In this document: positions 1-10,100 of the stretch, in pieces | Layout: every line of letters starts with the position of its first letter | How positions within the stretch are numbered: position 1 is the stretch's first letter | DNA from: Macrostomum lignano | Lineage: Eukaryota | DNA length: 64,000 bases | Assembly: GCA_002269645.1 (NCBI GenBank) | Contig: NIVC01000010.1 | Location: 1,364,001 to 1,428,000 of the forward strand | Direction of reading: 5' to 3' | Program-made: the position numbers and the translations under genes | The notes under the pieces: generated by a model | The model's database searches: none | What the model was told of the DNA's origin: nothing | Seen by the model: the letters and a program-made list of their open reading frames with translations, nothing else

Positions 1-2678
1 AGATAAACTGGAAGTAGCTAAAGTTAAACCGGAAGTAGTTAAAACTAAACCAGAAGCAGGTAAAGCTAAACCGGAAGTAAAAACCGCCGATGCATCTGCA
101 TCGAAAGCGCCTCCGGCGCCGCAAAGAATCCAGCCAAATGCTGGCGGTGGAGCGACCCCGCCGATTCGGGTTATGTCGCAGGCCGACATGCGCCAAGCGG
201 AACTCGACAAGCAGCCGATGGTGCGAGCTGGCAGCGGCGAACTGCTTGGTCGACAGGTGCTGCACGGCATTAAGCCGAAGAAGATCTTTCAAGATGGCAG
301 GCGAATTCCGCCGGTGAAGTTGGAGAGAATCATTCCTGCGCCTGGCAGCTCTGTGCAGGTAAAGCTGAGACAGACTGGCAAACAGGCAAAGAGACAGAAA
401 GACAGACAGACACAGAATACTATGACGGACGCGAATGCGGCACGAATACGAAATCTCAACAAATTTCATGCCGCATGCAGTTGAAGTGATCTACACCCAG
501 AAACATGTTAAAGTTTCCACCACGTAACCAGTGGTCAACTTTTCTTTATGGGTGATGAAACTTGTTAAAAACAGGGCTGGGCGAGTGTTGGTTCAGTCAC
601 TTTTGAGTACCGAAGCAGCCTGAAGCAGTGACGAAGTTGAAAGCGGAGAGTTAAAGAGCCAGAGTTGGATTAAAGCTGCCACTATCAGTTCTCAGTAGTT
701 CTCAAAGTCTACCAAATGTCAACTGCCGAGCGATGGTGTAGGCTCGTGCGTGCTATTGGCATGCGTTTATCCGGGGCATTTGGTCGATCGCACACAATTG
801 AGGCTGGGATTTGAGAAAATTTGACCATTGTTTAACATGTTGCTGAGTGTATTTTTAGTCCTACAAGTTACTGATTAAAATGCACGAACAAGCAAAATCT
901 GAGGATGCGACTCCAGTCACAGTCAGTACGAGCAAACCCAAAATAATCGGGAGCTTCTTAATTTAAGTTCTCCCTCCTGTGTTGCGTCGAACTATAAGTA
1001 AACAACCTTTGTGATTGCACCAATCAGACTTTATCATAAAACTTACTACCAACTCCAATAACCCTTCTTCTCACCTGTCAGGTATACATGTTCGACGAGT
1101 TGTTATCGGATGTGGAATCAGACAGCTTGGCTGCTGTTCATTTCAAACGGTTGGAGGCTCTGTCTAGCAGAAAGCCCATTGTCTGTTTTGATTCGGAAGC
1201 TACAATGCAACGGCTCGTAGCTGATGAGGCCGGAGTTGTACGCAGAGGGGTGAGCTATTGTGGTTTGGTTTGGTTTTTGCTTCCATAGCTAGCAGGTTGA
1301 CATTTCTGCATTGATCAGTCATGCTCTTGGTTCTCAATCTGGCCCTTGAGGTAAAAAAGTGTGTCGACCCCTTATTTATACAGAATTTTTATTATTCAAA
1401 TTAGAAGCTTCCCATTAAGAAGCAGAGCTACAATTCAGGGAATGAGGCAGGTACTATTTTATCTATCTATCTTAACCAACCCGAAACAGCTCTCGTCAGC
1501 TGATTTCACCGCCGGCACGCGTTGCCTGAACGCGAGTCTGTCCGCAAAAGCTTCTAGTTGGCTTCGCTTTAATTGGACCCGATCGACTGTGTTCTACCCT
1601 GGCGAGAGCCGGTTCACCGCCGGCCCACTGGCTGACAGATTCCTCAAATCCATGGGCTTGCCAGCTAGTCATGCCGGACGCTTGGACGTCACCAGCCATC
1701 CTCTTGGCCAGGGATTCTCTGAACAACTCGATTGTAAAGCTAAAAATGGTGCCAGCGGTGCAATTTTTGCCACCGTTCGGGTGTTTCTGGACACAGTGAC
1801 GCGTGGTGGAGAATTTCACCTGCCCAAGCTGGGTATTTGGCTGCGACCGAGGAAGTCTCGGGCGCTGCTTGTGACGCAACTGGCACCAGATACCGGAGCT
1901 TGCGAGCCAGCTGCTGCCTACAATTCTAGCTGGGTGAGTTGCTATGAACTCGTATAAAATTTTTGGCTGTCTGACCGTTTTCACGCACTTAAATAAACAC
2001 GGTATCGCATTTGACCTTCCATTGTGACTCTCCGTTGTGACTGTCAAATAAACGGCCACTTATACTAAGTTGTTCCTTCTTGACGTTTATATGCTTTTCT
2101 TGAATCAACCTAACACACAAGGCTCTTAATGACAGTCTTTTCATCTTTTTGACACTCACACGAGTTGACAGTTTTGTGACTGTCACATTTAACGATCACA
2201 TTGCCAAATCATATTAATAATTGACAGTCCATCGCGGTCACAAGTTTGGCAGACAGTTTCATATTTTTGACGGTCATCAAAAAAGTAACCGTACTACTTT
2301 TATACGGGGAGGTTATTGTTGTGAATGTCAGTTTTAATGGCACCTGGGGGCACGAAAATAGTGATTTTATGTTTCTTGTCAATATTCAACGATTCTTTCT
2401 CGAATACTAACTGTCTTTCATAAGGTACCAAAAATTTCAATAATCAATTTCCAATTATCAACCAATAATCAATGAAAATTAACTTGATGCAGGTGCAAAC
2501 AGGTCGTTCAATAACGCTGACGCAACGATTTCATTACGCTGCATTTCCTGGAATTGGCCAGCGGCCAAGCGAACCGGCACTGCCAGTCCGGCCGGCCGAC
2601 ACCCCGGCTGTGATGTGCGACTCCACCGCGCCGCCGTGTCGCTGGAGCGACGAATGGACGGACGAGCATCTGATCTGA
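1..2678 (+). CDS. Prolyl 4-hydroxylase alpha / 2OG-Fe(II) oxygenase-like protein (5'-partial, probable pseudoenzyme); exons <1-358, 1082-1249, 1490-1933, 2493-2678
   Basis: Four phase-0 GT-AG-joined exons give one reading frame. Recognisable P4Hc-like segments are VYMFDELLSDVES, LDVTSHPLGQGFSEQLDC and FATVRVFLDTVTRGGEFHLPKLGIWLRPRK (compare P4H [30 protein letters not shown]). The N-terminal part has KPEV-type repeats. Homology was recognised from memory. Confidence 0.7.
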
Positions 2679-3347
2679 GCACTATTGCGTTTTAGATTAT
2701 ATGCTTAAATTCTTACTAAACGTTTGGTTTACATTCAAATTTGACTATTGTTTAGGTATTGCAGTGCAAAAAAACATGATCGTTTTGATCTTCTTTACAA
2801 TAATTGAATCGTAGTCTTTCAACTTGATTTTGATATAGCACTTTAATTGCCTTTTCAAGATTTTTATGAATTTTTGCTATTTATACTCGTAGAAACTGAC
2901 TCAATAAGAATGATTTCTAAACTTATCTCATTATCTGGAATCTAGGGATTAATGCGATTTAGTTTAATGTTTGATTTCAAATTAAAGTTTATTTAGTTCT
3001 TAAATGATTTTTGCAGAGGTCCTGGTATTATGCTTTTAATACATTATATTCCAGATTGATACTTATGTTGGTTGCGTCTCGGCTTCTCTGCTTACGAACA
3101 AATTTGCTTGTCTGACTTTTGCAAACCAAGTTTTAAAGCAATAAAACAGTCAACAGTGCCTTAATAATATCGAAAGGTTTGGAAAATTTTATAAACTTAA
3201 GAAATTTGGAATGCCTAATTTGCGGAATTTTTATTTCTAATACAATCTGGGAATATGAAGTATTTATTTGTCCCGGACGAAGAAACGATTTATTTGGAAC
3301 TGACAAGACCGAGCCAAGTTGTGGAAAATACTATCTCTCCCGTTTAT

Positions 3348-3582
3348 TCATTTGTCTATGGTCAGAACGACTTCAAACTCGTTTCTCAGTCGTTCAGACG
3401 GCCACAGATAAATGAATAAACAGGAGAGATTATATTCTTTGGCCCGAATTCCTCGGCTGAGAGCTCGCGAAATACTGTGCTGTGCGACAAACATTTTTCT
3501 CCAGACTCTCATACTCGTTATCTTAATTAGGGTCTTTCGCCAATGGAAAGAGAAAAAACCTAAACCCTAGCGCAATACCAAT
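3348..3582 (+). pseudogene. Decayed THAP-domain remnant (possible P-element-like fossil)
   Basis: One frame reads SFVYGQN..SFRRP..*..VLCDKHFSPD..*, then after a frameshift LNPSAIP. This resembles the THAP C2CH layout (CxVxGC, SFxxFP, CxxHF, AVP) but has stops and a frameshift. Confidence 0.35.
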
Positions 3583-3614
3583 ACAATACCCAGCTACGCT
3601 GCAGCTTTGTTATA

Positions 3615-3822
3615 TGCAAGTTAGTCAGAAAAAATAACGAAAAAATTGACAAACATTTCTTCATAACTATTTCCAACTTAGCCACATAAAAAGTATCGGC
3701 TTCTTTCTTTTAATTTTAGCATAGAGGATCAGCAAATAAAGGTTTCCGATTCGAATATGGTTCTAAATAGGCTACGAAAAGTAACTTGACATTTTTACTT
3801 TTCACTTTTTGACTAACTTGCA
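3615..3822. mobile_element. Small MITE-like element
   Basis: 13-bp perfect inverted repeat tgcaagttagtca (3615-3627) / tgactaacttgca (3810-3822) around AT-rich filler. Confidence 0.35.
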
Positions 3823-6560
3823 CAATCGCTTTATGCTTATAGTTGTCTTGTTTCTTAATTCTGCAACAATTTGTTATTTGTTTCAATCACTGCCTCCTTC
3901 AATTCTCTCTACATAATCAGTCAAGTACAAAAAATACAAACTAACTGCCGGTCTTTCAAAAGGCAAAATTTGTTTACCAGTCATGTCAGGTCATGTTACT
4001 TAGCTTGTATTGCCTTCAAAATAGTTTAGTGCATTCTTTTCCTATACGCGTTAATCCGTGACTTTGGAATTTCCCCTCGTACAAGCTTCAGCCAGTAAAA
4101 ACTTAGGGGGGACTATCATTAAATTCCATCAGCCAATAAAATTCATGGGGGATATCCCCAATTTTAAGGAAGTCTTGGCCATAGACTTGGCTTTCAGATG
4201 AGCGATCCTTTCTAATCCTTCATCCATGCCTAGCACCCCCTGCCCCCGGTTGCCGCTGTGAGCCTGTGACTGACTGTGACCCCCACCCCCCAGAAGGAAA
4301 TCCTAGCTACGCCACTGTTAAAGCGCACTTCAGATTCCAGCTAAGGGTCGTTATGCTTGTAGAAGTCGCTGTTAGATACGGATACTTTTAAATTAACGAC
4401 ATAATTCCTAGAAAGTTGGCTCAAATTGAAACGAAATCGAATTTTCATCGTGACTTAGTGCTCTAAGCGATCATCAGTGTCGATCATGCAATGCAAACGA
4501 TGACATGACCGGGAAGACCTGTCTAGTCTTAGTGATGAATCAAAGTAGTCCTTCACAAACAAGAACGATTAAAGTAGAAGGGGAAATCTGCTTTAAATCA
4601 GTATTTTGATTCTTGGTTTGCACGAAAAACGTTAACTTTTACCGATTTCGGCATTGTTTATGAAAGTAATTTTATAAAAAATCGAATAATATATTCATAC
4701 TAATTGTACATTTTGGTGGACATTTGATTTTTAAATCTTTGATTTAATTAAAAAAATAGGCCCTAGGTCTAAAGTCCAAATAATGTTTCTTTAAAAAGTT
4801 CTACAAATGTTAAAATGCCTGTGTGTTCAAAGTGTGTGCTTGTGCTTTTCTAATAATAGTAATATAAATAATAATAGGTCCTGGACTAAACTAAACCTAA
4901 CTTGTTTAATTTCATACTGCAAACATTTAACATTCTGATGAAACTATCATACTTTTGTCCTAGACTATAGTTTAAAACAATTATCTATGTTTTGGAACTG
5001 AAACATGCCTATAGGCTATATAAACATGTCAGTTTAATACAGTTTGACACTCTTTTAAAATTGAAACACTGACAGTGACACTGACTAGCCATGTAACAGT
5101 TTTATTTATAGTTTTACTTATAATATAGCCTATATTATATAAAATTATAAATAGACATAAATAATCATGATATATATTTTTGTTTGCTATTTTAACTTTT
5201 TAAGTTCATTAGCAGAGAACTCAACTATTTGATCCAAGCTTAAGCTATAATCTATTATTGCTAATTTGTTCTTAATAGTATTATTTTTTCATAAAATATA
5301 AATTAGTATTTTTATTATAGAGTTAAGGACCCTAAAACATTTTGGTCTAAAAAATATATATAAAATAATAATTTTATTTTAAAGCTGAATCTTTATAAAC
5401 TATGATTTTTTTTCAAATTTATGTTATCAATCAAGATGAGAAAACCAGCATCGAACATAGAGAAAAAGATTGTGGCCAAGATATTGGAGAATGTGCCAGA
5501 CAATCAGTTTACTCCTATACCTTACTATGTGAGTTTGTTTAGGTTTTAAAAGGCAAATATAAGGTAGACAATAAAATATCAAATAGATATATAGATAAAG
5601 GAGAAAGGTCAAGTAGTACAGGGGCAGATTAGCAGTCTAGAATAGAAAGGGTGGATTGGGATTGGTAGAGGATTGAAGGGGCAAATTGGTAAAGGATAAA
5701 AGGTGCGAATCGGTAGAGGATTGAAGGGGCGATTGGTAAAGGATAGAAGGGGCGGATCAGTAGAGGATAGAAGGGGCGGATCAGTAGAGGATAGAAGGGG
5801 CGGATCAGTAGAGGATAGAAGGGGCGGATTGGTAGAGGATGGAAGGGGCGGATCGGTATAGACAGATGGAAGGGGCGGATCGGTATAGGCAGATGGAAGG
5901 GGCGGATTGATGTAGGCAGATGGAAGGGGCGGACCAATGTAGGCAGATGGAAGGGGGCGGATCGATGTAGGCAGATAGAAGGGGTGGATCGGTAGAGGAT
6001 GAAAGGGGCGGATCGGTAGAGAATGAAAGGGGCGGATCGGTAGAGAATAGAAGGGGCGAAGCAGTAGAGGATGGAAGGGGCGGATCGGTATAGGCAGATG
6101 GAAGGGGCGGATTGATGTAGGCAGATGGAAGGGGCGGATCGATGTAGGCAGATGGAAGGGGCGGATCGATGTAGGCAGATGGAAGGGGCGGATCGGTAGA
6201 GGATGAAAGAGGCGGATCGGTAGAGAATGAAAGGGGCGGATCGGTAGAGAATAGAAGGGGCGAAGCAGTAGAGGATGGAAGGGGCGGATCGGTATAGGCA
6301 GATGGAAGGGGCGGATCGATGTAGGCAGATGGAAGGGGCGGATCGGTCTAGGCAGATGGAAGGGGCGGATCGATGTAGGCAGATGGAAGGGGGCGGATCG
6401 ATGTAGGCAGATAGAAGGGGCGGATCGGTAGAGGATGAAAGGGGCGGATCGGTAGAGGATGGAAGGGGCGGATCGGTATAGGCAGATGGAAGGGGCGGAT
6501 CGGTATAGGCAGATGGAAGGGGCGGATCGATGTAGGCAGATGGAAGGGGCGGATCGATGT

Positions 6561-6829
6561 CCCTATTGCAGCGCATGGCTTAAGTACGCCAGACGCCTAC
6601 ACAACCTGCGCCACGCTGTGAAATGACTTACCTGTGAAAGAAACCCTAAAGCAAAATTAGGGTAAACGGCAGGAGTAACTATGACTGTCTTATCAAGCCT
6701 AAATGCCTCGGCATCTAATTAGTACCGCGCCGCGCCAAACTAATCGCCGCGCGCCGTACGCGCTGCACCGCGCCGTATTAGATCCGCGCCGGACGCCGTC
6801 CGCCAAAATGCCCATGCGCTGCAATCAGG
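6561..6829. mobile_element. 269-bp non-autonomous DNA-transposon-like insertion (TIR plus 8-bp TSD) carrying a 28S rRNA fragment
   Basis: Termini ccctattgcagcgcatgg / ccatgcgctgcaatcagg include a 14-bp perfect inverted core. atcgatgt is duplicated at 6553-6560 and 6830-6837. The element interrupts a minisatellite unit. Confidence 0.75.
6660..6730 (+). other. Degenerate 28S (LSU) rRNA fragment, helix 69-71 region (R2 / I-PpoI target region); not a functional rRNA gene
   Basis: gggtaaacggcaggagtaactatgactgtcttatcaagcctaaatgcctcggcatctaattagtaccgcgc aligns to the conserved eukaryotic GGGTAAACGGCGGGAGTAACTATGACTCTCTTAAGGTAGCCAAATGCCTCGTCATCTAATTAGTGACGCGC. Differences are concentrated at the AAGG/TAGC site. 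Confidence 0.9.
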
Positions 6830-7147
6830 ATCGATGTAGGCAGATGGAAGGGGGCGGATCGATGTAGGCAGATAGAAGGGGCGGATCGGTAGAGGATGAA
6901 AGGGGCGGATCGTTAGAGAATGAAAGGGGCGGATCGGTAGAGAATAGAAGGGGCGAAGCAGTAGAGGATGGAAGGGGCGGATCGGTATAGGCAGATGGAA
7001 GGGGCGGATCGATGTAGGCAGATGAAAGGGGCGGATCGATGTAGGCAGATGGAAGGGGCGGATCGATGTAGGCAGATGGAAGGGGCGGATCGGTCTAGGC
7101 AGATGGAAGGGGCGGATTAAAGTGAACTAACAAAGCCACATTAAGCA

Positions 7148-10100
7148 ATGCATTCAAGCCATCCCAACCAATCCCAGTACGAGCTGCTAGACAGTGTACG
7201 CGATAGCGCCAGCGGCATAATCTGCACGGAGAGTCAGTCATGCATAGACTTTGTGCTGTACAGCGTGATCCGTGACGCCCTGTCAGAGTTGGTCACAGAC
7301 GATGTAGGCAGCAGTGCTGACATAGCAACTCCTGTTGTGTATCTGCATCAGTCTGGTGAGAGCAGCCTTAAATTGTACTTTTGAGAATTTTTAAATCTTT
7401 ATGTCAAGTCGCATTTAATATGAAATCTGCACACTCTCCTACGCACAGAGAGTCAGTGTCAGACAATTGCCGCCACGCTAAATCGCCACCTACCCTGGTT
7501 AGCAACTAATTCTCTTAACAATTTGGCCTATATCCTGGTTACCACGCCTGCTTTGTTGCATAGCAACCTGATGAAGGAAGCAGCGACTGCCGATTCAATT
7601 GTTGGTAACCGACTAGTTGTGCTGGAGAATGCGGAGCTCTACGCCGATTCGGGCACAGAAGATTGCCGGATAATACGGGAGTTGTTGAACTGGGCGAAGC
7701 CGACACAGTTTGTGGGCAGCTCTGCCGGACTGCTGCAGGGACTGACTGGAGCGCAGGTGAGGCAGCTGGTGTGGGTTTCTGTCTGATTTTTGAGTTTTGT
7801 GCGCTGTGTGTGCACAATGAGAAAGTCAGCGCCGCTGTACACCCGTGTGAGTGCGTGCTCAGAGTTTAGCGGAATTTGCGAATCTAACCTTTGCTTTGGT
7901 TTTTTTGGTTGTGCTTTGGAAGCCTCCCAGATCATCAGCTGCTGAGCCAGCCTCCCAGATCCTCAGTTGCTGAGCCCCCAGCCTCCCAGATCATAAGTTG
8001 TTGACCACCAGCCTCCCAGATCCTCAGTTGCTGGGCCAGCCTCCCAGAGTGTCAGTTGCTGGGCCAGCCTCCCAGATCCTCAGTTGCTGGGCCAGCCTCC
8101 CAGATCTCCAGTTGCTGAGCCAGCCTCCCAGAGTCAGTTGCTGGGCCAGCCTCCCAGATCCTCAGTTGCTGGGCCAGCCTCCCAGATCCTCAGTTTCTGG
8201 GCCAGCCTCCCAGATCCTCAGTTTCTGGGCCAGCCTCCCAGACCCCAGCCGTGAGCAGGCACTCTACACCAGCTGAAATGCCGATACCGCAGGGCCCCTG
8301 TCTGTCCGACCTGATCGCCGGCCTGAAGGCCACATTCCGCTGCCCAGTCACATTCGCATCTGACGTGCTCAGCGCACTGATTTACGGCGGTCAACCCGAC
8401 GAAGAAGTCCTTGACTGTCCGTCACCGGATGACGCATTCGGCCTGTACACCTGCATGCGCCAGCTGCTGCAGTCCCACCTGGACTGGCTGATGGATCTCG
8501 ATCAGGAATTCACCGTGTCACCGCCGCGCTGTCCGGAGGCGAAGCAGTTTTGTATTAAAGCTTTGAGGCAGTGCCTGAACGGCTTGGACAATCTGGGACC
8601 CTGGGGATGCAATGTCATTGCTAGGGTCTGCTTGAAGCACCTGGTTAGTTCAGATTCACTTTTGTTTGGAGTAAACTTGTGGGCTCGCAAAGATGAGTGG
8701 TCAGATGGAACAGAGGAAGAATAGGAAAAGAGTGCAGATGAGAGGTTAACGAGTGCAAAGGAGAGGTTAAAGAGTGCAGATGAGAGGTTAACGAGTGCAG
8801 CTCTAGGAGAGGTTAACGAGTGCAAAGGAGAGGTTAAAGAGTGCAGAGGAGAGGTTAACGAGTGCAGCTCTAGGAGAGGTTAACGAGTGCAAAGGAGAGG
8901 TTAAAGAGTGCAGAGGAGAGGTTAAAGAGTGCAGAGGAGAGGTTAAAGAGTGCAGATGAGAGGTTAACGAGTGCAGCTCTAGGAGAGGTTAACGAGTGCA
9001 AAGGAGAGGTTAAAGAGTGCAGAGGAGAGGTTAAAGAGTGCAGAGGAGAGGTTAACGAGTGCAAATGAGAGGTTAAAGAGTGCAGATGAGAGGTTAACGA
9101 GTGCAAAGGAGAGGTTAAAGAGGGCAGAGGAGAAGTTAACAAGTGCAGAGGAGAGGTTAAAGAGTGCAGAGGAGAGGTTAAAGAGTGCAGAAGAGAGGTT
9201 AAAGAGTGCAGAGGAGAGGTTAACGAGTGCAGAGGAGAGGTTAACGAGTGCAGAGGAGAGGTTAAAGAGTGCAGAAGAGAGGTTAAAGAGTGCAGAGGAG
9301 AGGTTAACGAGTGCAGAGGAGAGGTTAAAGAGTGCAGCTCTAGGAGAGGTTAGAGTGCAGAGGAGAAGTTAACAAGTGCAGAGGAGAGGTTAAAGAGTGC
9401 AGAGGAGAGGTTAAAGAGTGCAGAAGAGAGGTTAAAGAGTGCAGAGGAGAGGTTAACGAGTGCAGAGGAGAGGTTAAAGAGTGCAGCTCTAGGAGAGGTT
9501 AGAGTGCAGAGGAGAAGTTAACAAGTGCAGAGGAGAGGTTAAAGAGTGCAGAGGAGAGGTTAACGAGTGCAGAGGAGAGGTTAAAGAGTGCAGCTCTAGG
9601 AGAGGTTAGAGTGCAGAGGAGAAGTTAACAAGTGCAGAGGAGAGGTTAAAGAGTGCAGAGGAGAGGTTAAAGAGTGCAGAAGAGAGGTTAAAGAGTGCAG
9701 AGGAGAGGTTAACGAGTGCAGAGGAGAGGTTAAAGAGTGCAGCTCTAGGAGAGGTTAGAGTGCAGAGGAGAAGTTAACAAGTGCAGAGGAGAGGTTAAAG
9801 AGTGCAGAGGAGAGGTTAACGAGTGCAGAGGAGAGGTTAAAGAGTGCAGCTCTAGGAGAGGTTAGAGTGCAGAGGAGAAGTTAACAAGTGCAGAGGAGAG
9901 GTTAAAGAGTGCAGAGGAGAGGTTAAAGAGTGCAGAAGAGAGGTTAAAGAGTGCAGAGGAGAGGTTAGAGTTGAGAGGGGTCAGTGCAAGTCCCAGATTG
10001 AAATAGCGCCAATTGATATTCAATATTTAAATGGTTATAAACAAACTGGCAACCATACAGGTAAGCCTAGAGCAGGAGCTGCTGCTAGAAGCTGACCAGC

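Larger units (their letters stand above)
5645..7118. repeat. ~27-bp GA-rich minisatellite (gtaggcagatggaaggggcggatcgat), interrupted by an insertion at 6561-6829
   Basis: Tandem units are directly visible, and the array ends about 30 bp before the Dicer ATG. Confidence 0.95.

Noticed and set aside
4290-4317. aaatcctagctacgccactg, a typical MITE terminus
   Set aside because: I could not find the matching opposite terminus or a TSD in the window.
6628-6670. Hammerhead-like motif (ctgtga..gaaa-ccctaa/ttaggg-ta) inside the TIR element
   Set aside because: Stem III and a GUA site exist, but the core lacks A6 of CUGANGA and no stem I pairing is possible next to the cleavage site.
6660-6730. Functional rRNA gene
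   Set aside because: It is only about 70 nt, diverged, and lacks flanking rDNA.
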